Source: an uncultured Acidimicrobiaceae bacterium (GTDB lineage: Bacteria; Actinomycetota; Acidimicrobiia; Acidimicrobiales; Bog-793). Taken from it: DNA of 64,000 nucleotides. The notes beneath the pieces are model-generated. The model worked only from the letters and a program-made list of their open reading frames with translations, ran no database searches and was not told the origin of the DNA. Position numbers and translations under genes: made by a program. Location: contig CAWGNK010000008.1 of the NCBI GenBank assembly GCA_963823945.1, forward strand, positions 30,469-94,468, written 5' to 3'. Shown piece after piece: positions 9,938 through 18,918 of this stretch. The first letter of the stretch is position 1. Each line of letters starts with the position of its first letter.

Positions 9938-10663
9938 CTAGCGGCCGGGGCCGGCCTGGGTGCGGCGCAGGCGGAGCTCGTCGAGGATCGCAACCGTGGC
10001 GGTGGCACCGAAGCGGGTCGCGCCGGCCGCCTCCATCGCCAGCAGGGCGTCGAGGGTTCGCACGCCCCCGGCGGCCTTCACGCCGACACGGGGCGAGACG
10101 GCGGCCCGCATGAGGACGATGTCCTCGAGGGTCGCGCCCCCGGGCGCGTAGCCGGTGCTCGTCTTCACGAACGCCGCCCCCGCCTCCTCGGCGAGGTGGC
10201 AGCCGAGGATCTTCTGCTCGTCGGTGAGGTAGGCGTTCTCGAGGATCACCTTCACGGCCCGACCTTGTGCCGCCTCGACCACGGCCCGGATGTCCCGCCC
10301 GACGTAGTCGACCTCGCCGCCGCGCAGGGCCCCGATGTGGAGCACCATGTCGAACTCGTCGCAGCCCCGCGACAGGGCCTCGGCGACCTCGGCGACCTTC
10401 GCGGCGGTCGTCGTCGAGCCGTGCGGGAAGCCGATCACCGTCGCGACCATGACGCCTGATCCGGCGAGCGCGTCGACCGCCCGGGCGACGTCGCTCGGGC
10501 GCACGCAGGCCGAGGCGGTGTGGCACGAGCGGGCGATCCCGAGGCCCTCGACGACGTCTGCCGTGGTGAGCTCGGGTCGCAAAAGCGAGTGGTCGATCAT
10601 GGCTGCGACGTGCTCGACCGTGGGGAGTTCGCCTGGGGGGCGCGGGGCAGAACTGTCATCCAT
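9938..10663 (-). CDS. deoC: Deoxyribose-phosphate aldolase
   Basis: 241 aa. Schiff-base lysine context FVKTSTGY, LKVILE block, C-terminal VKAAGGVRT. Confidence 0.9.
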   Translation of the reverse strand: MDDSSAPRPPGELPTVEHVAAMIDHSLLRPELTTADVVEGLGIARSCHTASACVRPSDVARAVDALAGSGVMVATVIGFPHGSTTTAAKVAEVAEALSRGCDEFDMVLHIGALRGGEVDYVGRDIRAVVEAAQGRAVKVILENAYLTDEQKILGCHLAEEAGAAFVKTSTGYAPGGATLEDIVLMRAAVSPRVGVKAAGGVRTLDALLAMEAAGATRFGATATVAILDELRLRRTQAGPGR

Positions 10664-12359
10664 CGCCTGACTCCGGTTCGTCGTGTTGGGATGGCCCCGG
10701 CGCCGGTTCGGCGCCGCGCCGCTCCTCGGGCACGGTAGCCGTCCGCGCCCGGCGTTGGCGCCCGATCTTGCGGCGGACGGTCTCGCGCCGCGCCTGGAGC
10801 TCGCGGTAGCTGATGCGCTCGGTCCCGGCCGCGACGCCGATCGCCGCCCGCACCCCGTCGAGGTCGACCCCCGCGAGGCTCGGGTCGATGCCGAGCTCGG
10901 CCGCGATCCGGTCGCCGTAGCGGGTGGCGAAGTACCCGGCGACCTCGACGACCTCGCCCAACAGGTCGACGTCGGGCGCGAAGGCGGCGACGACGCCGTC
11001 CAGGAAAAGGATGTTCTTCACGAAGAGCATCAGCTCTTTGGGCAGCTTCGCCCCGTAGGCGAGCAGGTGCCTCGTGAGCTCGCGCATCTGGCGGGTGAGC
11101 TCCCCGGCGCTCATCGCGGCGAGGTCCTGGGGCGGGCCGTCGAGGCCGAGGTCGATGATCACCTGGTCGAGGTCGGCGTCCGCCGCCAGCGCGCCCAGGT
11201 CGCGCAGCGCCGTGACCTGGCTGCGCACGTCGTTCATCGTCGCGGCCATCACGAGGCGGAGGAACGCCAGCCGGTGGGCCTCGGTTAGGCGTCCCGTGAT
11301 CCCGAAGTCGAGGAGCGCCACCCGGCCGTCAGAAAGGACGAAGAGGTTCCCCCCGTGGAGGTCGCCGTGGAAGACGCCGAACAGCATCACCCCCTCGAGG
11401 AACGAGACGATCGCGGCGCGCATCACTGCCTCGGTGGCGATCCCGGCGTCTCGCATGCCACCCACGTCGTCCCAGGCGAAACCGTCGAGGCGCTCCATCA
11501 CGAGGACCCGCGGCGTGACGAGCCTCGGGTGCGGGCGGGGGACGACGATCGTGCGCTGGTCGGCGGCGGCGATCGCCGCCGCGACGTCGAGCATGCTCTC
11601 TGCCTCGAGGCGGAAGTCGAGCTCCTCGACGATCGTCTCGGCGAAGAGCTCGATGAGCGCCGGCGGGTTGGCGAGGACGGCGATCGGGATCCGCCCGACG
11701 AGGTGCGGCGCGAGGAAGCTCATCACGGCGAGGTCGTTCCGCACCCGGGCGGCGACCCGGGGACGCTGCACCTTGACGACGACCGCCTCGCCGGTGCAGA
11801 GCCGTGCCCGGTGCACCTGGGCGATCGAGGCGGCGGCGACGGGCTCGGGCGAGAACTCGGCGAAGACCTCCCCGAGGGGCCGCCCGAGGTCGGCCTCGAC
11901 GCAGGCGCGCACCGTCTCGAAGGACTCGGCCGGCACCCGGTCGCGCAGCCCCTTGAACTCGCCGACGAGCTCGGGCGGGAAGATCCCCTCGCCCGAGGAG
12001 AGGATCTGGCCGAGCTTGATGTAGGTGGGACCGAGCCGCTGGAAGGCGAGGCGGAGCCGGTGCGCGAGCCCCGCCCGGGACCGGCTCTGGCGCTTGCGCC
12101 GGTCGATGAGGAACCAGCCGGCGATCGCCCAGCCGAGGATCGCCGAGACCCGCACGATCCGCCGCCACGGTGGGAACCGCCGGCGCCGGACGAGCTGGGG
12201 GACCGTCGCCCGGGTGGCCTCGCGCACGAGGTCGAGGCCAATCCGCCAGGGCAGGTCGGCGGGCTCGACGAGCCACGGTGGATGGTCCGAGAAGGCCCCG
12301 ACCGAAAGGTCGGGGGGTGGGGCCGTGCTCAGCTGGTCACGGGGCCGAACACGAGACAT
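10656..12359 (-). CDS. ABC1/UbiB-family atypical protein kinase
   Basis: 567 aa. Contains LGPTYIKLGQILSSGEGIFP, AAASIAQVHRA and FHGDLHGGNLFV, characteristic ABC1 blocks. It overlaps the fabF 3' end by 31 nt and the deoC start by 8 nt. Confidence 0.85.
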   Translation of the reverse strand: MSRVRPRDQLSTAPPPDLSVGAFSDHPPWLVEPADLPWRIGLDLVREATRATVPQLVRRRRFPPWRRIVRVSAILGWAIAGWFLIDRRKRQSRSRAGLAHRLRLAFQRLGPTYIKLGQILSSGEGIFPPELVGEFKGLRDRVPAESFETVRACVEADLGRPLGEVFAEFSPEPVAAASIAQVHRARLCTGEAVVVKVQRPRVAARVRNDLAVMSFLAPHLVGRIPIAVLANPPALIELFAETIVEELDFRLEAESMLDVAAAIAAADQRTIVVPRPHPRLVTPRVLVMERLDGFAWDDVGGMRDAGIATEAVMRAAIVSFLEGVMLFGVFHGDLHGGNLFVLSDGRVALLDFGITGRLTEAHRLAFLRLVMAATMNDVRSQVTALRDLGALAADADLDQVIIDLGLDGPPQDLAAMSAGELTRQMRELTRHLLAYGAKLPKELMLFVKNILFLDGVVAAFAPDVDLLGEVVEVAGYFATRYGDRIAAELGIDPSLAGVDLDGVRAAIGVAAGTERISYRELQARRETVRRKIGRQRRARTATVPEERRGAEPAPGPSQHDEPESGDG

Positions 12360-13528
12360 CCGTTGTGCCCCCCGAAGCCGAAGCTGTTCGAGAGCACGGG
12401 GCCCGGGTCGAAGGCGCGTGGCGCACCGGTCACGATGTCGAGGTGGATCTCGGGATCCTGCTCCTCGAGGCCCGCCGTCGGGGGGATGAGGCCCCGTTCG
12501 ATCGAGAGGACCGAGGCCACGGCCTCGAGGGCCCCGGCGGCGCCCAGCGAGTGTCCCGTCACGCCCTTGATCGAGGTGACCGGGGGGCCGGGGCGGCCGA
12601 AGACCTTCTCGATCGCCTCAGCCTCGGCGAGGTCGTTGAGCGGCGTCGAGGTGCCGTGCCCGTTGATGTGGGCGACGTCCCCCGGTGCGATGCGAGCGTC
12701 GGCGAGGGCGAGCTCCATGCAGGCGACGGCGCCCGCGCCGCCGGGGGCCGGGGCGGTGATGTGGTAGGCGTCGGCGGTCGAGCCCGCCCCCAGCACCTCG
12801 GCGTAGATGTGGGCCCCGCGCGCGATGGCGTGCCCGAGCTCCTCGAGGATGAGGGCGCCGCCGCCCTCGGCGATGACGAAACCGTCCCGCCGCCGGTCGA
12901 ACGGGCGCGAGTGCCCCGAGGTCGACAGGGCCGTCATGTTGGCGAAGGCCGTGATGCCGATCGGGTCGAGCCCACCCGCCCGCGAGATCGCCGCCTCGGC
13001 CCCGCCCGTGATGACGGCGTCGCAGCGGCCGTCGCCGACGAGACGGAAGGCGTTGCCGATGGCGTGGGTCGCCGAGGCGCACGCCGTGACGACCGTTTCG
13101 CACGGCCCGCGCAGGCCGAAGCGGATCGAGATCGCCGCCGCGCCGGCGTTGCCCATCATCATCGGCACGAGCCGGGGCGAGACCCGGCGCGGGCCCTTGG
13201 CGACGAGCGTGACCATCTGGTCCTGGATCGTCGCCAGTCCACCGGTCCCGGTGCCGAAGATCACGCCGGCACGGGCCGGATCGGTGCCCAGCTCGCCGGC
13301 GTCGGTGAGGGCGAGCTGGGCGGCGGCGACGGATAGCTGGGCGAAGCGGTCCGTCTGGCGCGCCTCTTTCGGGTCGAAGTACTCCGCCGGGTCGAAGCCG
13401 TCGATCCACTGCGGACCCTCGGCCGGGGCGCCGGCGAGGCCCGCGAAGAAGGCCTCCTTGCCGATCCCGCAGGAGGCGAGGACGCCGAGGCCCGTGACGA
13501 CGACCCGGCGCCGGCCCCCCCGGTCCAT
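12329..13528 (-). CDS. fabF: 3-oxoacyl-ACP synthase II
   Basis: In frame within ORF 12329..13732. The start MDRGGRRRVVVTGLG is an ATG at 13528 that overlaps the acpP stop (ATGA). Active-site Cys (TACASATHAIG), His (HGTSTPLND) and GHSLGAAG. Confidence 0.92.
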   Translation of the reverse strand: MDRGGRRRVVVTGLGVLASCGIGKEAFFAGLAGAPAEGPQWIDGFDPAEYFDPKEARQTDRFAQLSVAAAQLALTDAGELGTDPARAGVIFGTGTGGLATIQDQMVTLVAKGPRRVSPRLVPMMMGNAGAAAISIRFGLRGPCETVVTACASATHAIGNAFRLVGDGRCDAVITGGAEAAISRAGGLDPIGITAFANMTALSTSGHSRPFDRRRDGFVIAEGGGALILEELGHAIARGAHIYAEVLGAGSTADAYHITAPAPGGAGAVACMELALADARIAPGDVAHINGHGTSTPLNDLAEAEAIEKVFGRPGPPVTSIKGVTGHSLGAAGALEAVASVLSIERGLIPPTAGLEEQDPEIHLDIVTGAPRAFDPGPVLSNSFGFGGHNGCLVFGPVTS

Positions 13529-13767
13529 CAGAGCTTCGAGACCACGAGGTCGTAGGCCTGGCCGACCGTGTCGACCCCGTCGAGCTCGGTCTCGTCGACG
13601 GTGATGCCGAACGCCTCCTCGAGCGCCATCACGAACTCGACCAGATCGAGGCTGTCGGCGTTCAGGTCGTCGGCGAAGCTCGCCTCGGGCACGACCTTGT
13701 CCTCGGGCACCTGGAGGACATCCACGGCGCACTTCCTGAACTTTTCGAACGTCGCGTCATCGCTCAC
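13528..13767 (-). CDS. acpP: Acyl carrier protein
   Basis: 79 aa with the phosphopantetheine attachment motif LNADSLDLVE. Confidence 0.95.
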   Translation of the reverse strand: MSDDATFEKFRKCAVDVLQVPEDKVVPEASFADDLNADSLDLVEFVMALEEAFGITVDETELDGVDTVGQAYDLVVSKL

Positions 13768-13848
13768 GGCTCGCTCCTCGCAACATCGTCGGGGATCTGT
13801 CGGACTGCGAATCCAATACCAGTGTCCTGGCGGGCCTCCAGACCATAC

Positions 13849-14574
13849 CTAGTGTCCCATTCCGAGCCCGCCGTCGACCGCCAGGACGGTCCCGGTGATG
13901 TAGGCGGCCCCGGCCGAGGCCAGGAAGTGCACCGCCGCGGCCACCTCGTCGGGCTCGGCGATCCGCCCGAGCGGCACGCGCGCGGCGAGCGCCGCCGTCT
14001 GGGCGTCGCTGAGGGCGCCGAGCATGTCGGTCGCCACCAGACCCGGGGTGACGACGTTCACGGTGACGGAGCGGCTCGCGACCTCGCGGGCGAGCGAACG
14101 GGCCAGGCCGATCTGGCCGGCCTTGGCGGCCGCGTAGTTCGCCTGCCCGGCGTTGCCGAGGTAGGCGACGACCGACGAGATGAGGATGATGCGGCCCGCC
14201 CGCGCCTTGAGCATCGGGCCGAGCGCCCGCTTCACCGTCCGGAAGCTCGCCGTGAGGTCGGTCTCGATCACCCGGTTCCAGCGCTCCTCGCTCATCCGCA
14301 GCACCAACCCGTCGTCGGTGACGCCGGCCGCGCACACGAGGACCTCGACCGGGCCGAGCTCGGCCTCGACGGCGGTGAACGCCGCCTCGACCGCCACCGG
14401 GTCGTCGACGTCGCAGGCGACGGGGAAAAGCGCCGCCGTGCCGGCGACTCCCGCGGGCTCGGGCGGTGCTGTTCTGTAGGTGACGGCGACGCGGTCGCCG
14501 TCGGCCTGGAAGCGGCGCGCGCAGGCCAGCCCGATGCCCCGCGAGCCCCCGGTGACGAGCACGACCCGGCTCAC
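13849..14574 (-). CDS. fabG: 3-oxoacyl-ACP reductase
   Basis: C-terminal 241 aa of ORF 13849..15486. GTG at 14574 overlaps the fabH stop (GTGA). Motifs VTGGSRGIG, NYAAAKAG (YxxxK), TVNVVTPG. Confidence 0.9.
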   Translation of the reverse strand: MSRVVLVTGGSRGIGLACARRFQADGDRVAVTYRTAPPEPAGVAGTAALFPVACDVDDPVAVEAAFTAVEAELGPVEVLVCAAGVTDDGLVLRMSEERWNRVIETDLTASFRTVKRALGPMLKARAGRIILISSVVAYLGNAGQANYAAAKAGQIGLARSLAREVASRSVTVNVVTPGLVATDMLGALSDAQTAALAARVPLGRIAEPDEVAAAVHFLASAGAAYITGTVLAVDGGLGMGH

Positions 14575-15506
14575 GTGACCCCCCGCCGGCCCCAGCGAAT
14601 GATGACCGAGGCCCAGGTCATGCCGGCGCCGAACCCCGACAACAGGACGAGGTCCCCGTCTTTCACCCGGCCGGCCTCGGCGGCGTCGGCGAGGCCGTAG
14701 GGGATCGAACCCGCGGAGGTGTTGCCGATCCGGTCGAGGACGACGACGGTGCGCTCCATGGGCAGGCCGACGCGCGCGTTCACCGCCTCGATGATCCGCA
14801 GGTTCGCCTGGTGGGGGACGAAGAGCGCGATGTCCTCGGCCCGGCACCCGGCCGCGGCGAAGACCTTGCTGATCGAGTCGACCTCGGCGCGCACGGCCCG
14901 GCGGAAGATCTCGTGCCCGTCCATCTCGATGTAGCCGCCGATCTCGGCGTAAAGCAGCGGCGCGGCGGTCCCGTCGGCCCCGAGGTCGTAGGCGAGGATG
15001 AGGTCGTCGGCCGCTCCCGCCTCGACGACGACCGCTCCGGCACCGTCGCCGAAGAGGATCGCCGTCGCGCGGTCTTCGAAGTTCGTGAAGCGCGAGAGCG
15101 TGTCCGAGCCGATGACGAGGGCGCGCTTCACCCCCGCGGCGATCATCGAGTCGGCGAGCACGAGCGAGTACGTGAAGCCGGCGCAGGCGGCGTTGACGTC
15201 GAGGGCGCCTCCCCGGCACCCCAGCGCCTGGTGCACGCTCGCCGAGGCCGCCGGGATCGTCTGGTCGGGCGTCGTCGTCGCCACGATGACGAGGTCGATG
15301 TCCTCTCCCACGAGCCCGGCGCGGGAAAGTGCTGCCCGCCCCGCCTCGATGGCGAGGGTGCGGGTCGTGCCGCCGATGTGGCGCTCCCGGATCCCGGTCC
15401 GCTCCGTGATCCACTGGTCCGTCGTGTCGAGGCGGGCCTCGAAATCGCCGTTGGTGAGGACCTTGTCGGGAAGCGCCGACCCCCACCCCGTGATCGCCGC
15501 GCCCAT
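14571..15506 (-). CDS. fabH: 3-oxoacyl-ACP synthase III
   Basis: The start MGAAITGWGS at 15506 overlaps the fabD stop (ATGA). Cys (NAACAGFTYSL), His (VPHQANLRI) and Asn (GNTSAGSIP) triad present. Confidence 0.92.
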   Translation of the reverse strand: MGAAITGWGSALPDKVLTNGDFEARLDTTDQWITERTGIRERHIGGTTRTLAIEAGRAALSRAGLVGEDIDLVIVATTTPDQTIPAASASVHQALGCRGGALDVNAACAGFTYSLVLADSMIAAGVKRALVIGSDTLSRFTNFEDRATAILFGDGAGAVVVEAGAADDLILAYDLGADGTAAPLLYAEIGGYIEMDGHEIFRRAVRAEVDSISKVFAAAGCRAEDIALFVPHQANLRIIEAVNARVGLPMERTVVVLDRIGNTSAGSIPYGLADAAEAGRVKDGDLVLLSGFGAGMTWASVIIRWGRRGVT

Positions 15507-16828
15507 CAGCGGGTCGCCTCGACGTCCCCGGGCAGGGCGCGCAGCCATGCCACCGGCTGTCCGTGCAGGACGCGTTCGCCGGCCAGGACGAGCACGCCCG
15601 CCAGCGTGCCGGCGAACGCCGAGCGGATCTCGGTCTCGCCCGCCCAGCCGACGAGGTCGCCGACGGCGACTGCGATGACCTGCTCGTCAGTTTCGTCGGA
15701 CGACCCGGGGAGTTTGGGTGCCGCGGCGGCGAAGGCGTCCGACGGTCGGAAGGGTCCCGTTCCCGGCGAGATGATCAGCCGCTCGACCATCGAGTAGTGC
15801 TCACCGACGGGCCGCTCGACGGGGGACCGTTGCGCGGCGGCGCCGGCGAGCGCCTCGACGAGCGCCTCCAGCTCGGCGGGCGTCGCGACCGAGCAGTTGA
15901 CGATCGAGCCGGTGGGGGTCGCCCGCTTGGCGAGCCCCGTGAGCACGCCGCCGGGTCCGAGCTCGACGAAGGTGCGGGACCCCGCGGCAAACAGCGCGTC
16001 GAGGCTCTGGCGCCAGCGCACCGGGGCGCAGAGCTGGGCAGAGAGCAGTCCCGGCCAGTCCCCGGCGCCGGGGTGCGCCTTGGCGTCGACGTTGGCGACG
16101 ACGGCCGGCTCGGACTCGAAGAACGTCGCCGCCGCCAGCGCCTTGCGCAGTCGGTCGCGGGCCGGTGCCATGAGCGGTGTGTGGAACGCCCCCGCGACGG
16201 GGATGGCGAGGACCCGTTTGGCGCCCGCAGTCCTCGCCAGTTCGACGGCGCGCGCGATCGAGTCGCGCTCGCCGGCGATCACGACCTGGCCCGGCGCGTT
16301 GTAGTTGGCGACCCAGACCTCGCCCTCGGCGCGCAGACACGCCATTTCGACGTCTGCGTCGTCGAGGCCCAGCACCGCGACCATCGTCCCGGGGTTGTGC
16401 TCGGCGGCCTCGGCCATCGCAGCCCCGCGTTCGGCGACGAGCTCGAGGCCGTCCTCGTAGGAGAGGGCGCCGGTCGCGACGAGGGCGGTGTACTCCCCGA
16501 GGCTGTGGCCGGCACAGGCCGCGGGCTCGAGGCCGATCCGTTCCGCCGCGTCGAGGATGACGAGGCTCGTGACGAAGGTGGCAAGCTGCGCGTTGGCGGT
16601 GTTCGTCAGCGTCTTCTGGTCGGCCTCGAGCAGCAGCTGCGCGACGTCGCGCCCGACGACCTCGCTCGCGTGCTCGACGAGCTCGAACGACGGGTGGTCG
16701 ACCCAGCTCGAACCCATGCCCGCGCGTTGTGAACCCTGGCCGGGAAACGTGAACGCCAGCAAGCAAACGCCCCTTTCGGACTCCGGACCGTGGTGCTGGG
16801 CGAGGCACGGGGGAGTTCCGCTCCCCAC
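15506..16828 (-). CDS. fabD: Malonyl-CoA:ACP transacylase with ~110-aa C-terminal biotinyl/lipoyl-like extension
   Basis: FPGQGSQ, GHSLGEY (nucleophile Ser) and AFHTPLM define the FabD core (about aa 24-325). The tail ERLIISPGTGPF...GDLVGWAGETEIRSAFAGTLAGVLVLAGERVLHGQPVAWL follows. The start is ambiguous: GTG at 16828 or TTG at 16762. Confidence 0.88.
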   Translation of the reverse strand: MGSGTPPCLAQHHGPESERGVCLLAFTFPGQGSQRAGMGSSWVDHPSFELVEHASEVVGRDVAQLLLEADQKTLTNTANAQLATFVTSLVILDAAERIGLEPAACAGHSLGEYTALVATGALSYEDGLELVAERGAAMAEAAEHNPGTMVAVLGLDDADVEMACLRAEGEVWVANYNAPGQVVIAGERDSIARAVELARTAGAKRVLAIPVAGAFHTPLMAPARDRLRKALAAATFFESEPAVVANVDAKAHPGAGDWPGLLSAQLCAPVRWRQSLDALFAAGSRTFVELGPGGVLTGLAKRATPTGSIVNCSVATPAELEALVEALAGAAAQRSPVERPVGEHYSMVERLIISPGTGPFRPSDAFAAAAPKLPGSSDETDEQVIAVAVGDLVGWAGETEIRSAFAGTLAGVLVLAGERVLHGQPVAWLRALPGDVEATR

Positions 16829-17095
16829 GCCCTGTGCTGGTTACTCGGGACAACTCTAAGGAACGATGGCCGCCGACGCTAAACGGAAGACTGTAACCGG
16901 CGCCCGAATGGACCGACCGTGCTGGTCACGCCACTGCGGCCACCGCTCGGGCCCGGACGAAGAGCGGATGTCCCGGTCCCCGCAGGAGTCTTGTGACCAC
17001 CGTGTTACTGCCTTCGACCGAGTCGTTGGCCCGATCGAGGTGCGGGTGTTCGGCTTCGGCGCGCCAGCATTGGCAGTTCCGCCGAACCGACAGGT

Positions 17096-18382
17096 TCAAG
17101 AGACGATGACGCTGGTCTTGACTTCCTCGCCGCCATTCACCGTTGCGGTGAGCATTCCCGTGAGGGGCCGGCTGGCGACATCGGCGAGAGCCATCCTTCC
17201 CGCGGAGGTGAGTTGGAGGCGGACGGTTGTCGTCGCGCCTCGTGCTATCTCGTAGGCGGCGCTTGCGAGGCGTTCGGAACTGCCCGAGGTCGCATCCAAC
17301 CACACCGATCCAGAACACGACGCCGCCGTGCAGGTGAGACGCACCGGCACCGTGACCGGCTTCGCCGTGGGGAGGACGATCCTGGTCGAGTCGATTGCGA
17401 CATGCGGCGACTTCCCCGTCTCGTACACGGCCACGTACGCCACATGCATGCCGGCACCAGACGTGGTCGAGGGGCTGGGCGAGGTGCACCCGCAGATGCC
17501 ATCGGGGTAGCCACCTCCCATGGCGACGTCGAAGATGACGAAGAAACCGTGGTCGACGGCGGCCTTCCAGGTGGACGTGCCCACCTGTGACTCGCTGACG
17601 TGGTACTGGAGCTCGCCGTCGGTATAGAAGCGCAGCTGCTCGTTCTTCGCGTTGGTCCTGTCGACGATCACCGAGTACGTGTGATACGAGTTCTGGCAGC
17701 CGGCGCATGCGAGCAGCCCGCTCCCGAGGCCGTCCCCCTCGTGGCACGGGCCTCCCGGGTTGGTGCCGCAGTGGAACGTGTGGGACACCTCGGAGAGGCC
17801 GTTGATGTCCTCCAGGATGTCGAGCTCGCCGATGCGCGGCCAGTTGGTCGCCCCGACGGGACGGGCCGCAGCGCCCAGGGCCCAGAACGCCGGCCAGTAG
17901 CCGAGGCCCTCAGCCGGGTTTGGCTGTTCGATCGAGGCAGTGATCTCCATCTCCCCGCCGGCCGGCGCTTCGAAATCGTCACGCCGGGTCTCGATCCGGC
18001 CCGACGTCCACGAGCCGTGGGCATAGACGGGCCTGATCACCAGGTGGCCATGGCCGTCGAGATAGACGTTGTTGGTCGATCTCGTCATGGTCTCGACCTC
18101 GCCCGTGCCCCAGTGGCTCGCCCCTCCCGGGTAGCTGGTGCCGGTGTCGTACAGCCAGTTGGCCGAGGAAGGTGCCGAGCCGACCGACCCCGAGAAGGTG
18201 TCACTCCAGACCGTGCGCCAGCCAGACGGCGGAGGCGGGATCGTGCCGGCGTCAACGGCGCCCGGGATGCCGGAGAGCCCGACAAATGCCAAGGCGGCGC
18301 CGACCGAGACCACGAGAGTCATGAGGACCCACCGGCTGGGCCTCGACCATCCTGCCGAGGTTCGTGACGACACGAGTCGCAT
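17096..18382 (-). CDS. Secreted glycoside hydrolase family 16 (beta-glucanase/laminarinase-like) with C-terminal Ig-like domain
   Basis: Signal/TM VLMTLVVSVGAALAFVGL. GH16 catalytic ExDxxE motif in IGELDILE, with flanking WPAFWALG. Confidence 0.85.
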   Translation of the reverse strand: MRLVSSRTSAGWSRPSRWVLMTLVVSVGAALAFVGLSGIPGAVDAGTIPPPPSGWRTVWSDTFSGSVGSAPSSANWLYDTGTSYPGGASHWGTGEVETMTRSTNNVYLDGHGHLVIRPVYAHGSWTSGRIETRRDDFEAPAGGEMEITASIEQPNPAEGLGYWPAFWALGAAARPVGATNWPRIGELDILEDINGLSEVSHTFHCGTNPGGPCHEGDGLGSGLLACAGCQNSYHTYSVIVDRTNAKNEQLRFYTDGELQYHVSESQVGTSTWKAAVDHGFFVIFDVAMGGGYPDGICGCTSPSPSTTSGAGMHVAYVAVYETGKSPHVAIDSTRIVLPTAKPVTVPVRLTCTAASCSGSVWLDATSGSSERLASAAYEIARGATTTVRLQLTSAGRMALADVASRPLTGMLTATVNGGEEVKTSVIVS

Positions 18383-18701
18383 TTGGCGCCCCTTGGACAG
18401 TTTCTTGGATATCTATCTCATGGCTTGCCGGCCGAATCGGGTTGGGCCGTCGAAACGCTACCCGTCGCCCTGAAGAAGCGCTGCCGCCGAAGGAACACGG
18501 TTCCATTCCATCGGCGACGTGGGGGCTGCTGGCCGCGCGGTGCCTCCACGTCTCAATGGGCCTACGAATTGCCACGGTGCGGATGGCCGGCGCGCACGAT
18601 CTCGCCGCGACATCCTGACCGGCGTGAACAGGTCCACACGGCAGGCGGACGTTGGTGGCGTTTCCCACCCGGCATCTCTGTGCTCGTTGTCGAAGCCGTG
18701 A

Positions 18702-18805
18702 GCGACAAATTCCTGATTTCGCCACCACCTTGGCGCGGGGTTCGCGTCTGAGAACCGATGTCCACGATCTCCGACTGGCGGCTTGACCCGTGGGCCGGGA
18801 TCTAA
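18702..18805 (+). repeat. Repeat family A, copy 1, with 15-codon sORF (18758..18805, MSTISDWRLDPWAGI*)
   Basis: Direct reading: GCGACAAATTCCTGATTTCGCCACCACCTTGGCGCGGGGTTCGCGTCTGAGAACCGATGTCCACGATCTCCGACTGGCGGCTTGACCCGTGGG. Near-identical cores occur at 19554-19619 (+) and 45208-45307 (-). Confidence 0.75.
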
Positions 18806-18906
18806 CCGGCGATCGACGACACTTCCTCGCTAGCGCTCCGAGTGGATGTTCAGGAACATTGATCTACGACGCCGCTCGAGACATGCGGTTGAGTTACGCG
18901 GTCGGG

Positions 18907-18912
18907 TAGAAT
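18907..18912 (+). promoter_or_regulatory. TAGAAT -10-like hexamer 6 nt upstream of GTG 18919 (possible leaderless mRNA)
   Basis: GGTCGGGTAGAATGACGACGTG read directly. The same hexamer lies downstream of family A copy 3 (45100-45105, minus strand). There is no experimental support. Confidence 0.3.
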
Positions 18913-18918
18913 GACGAC

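Noticed and set aside
16829-17095. 267-bp gap upstream of fabD, examined for a regulator site or small gene (track ORF 16866..17255 +)
   Set aside because: The ORF overlaps the GH16 3' end in antisense and has poor composition. I could identify no palindrome or known operator.
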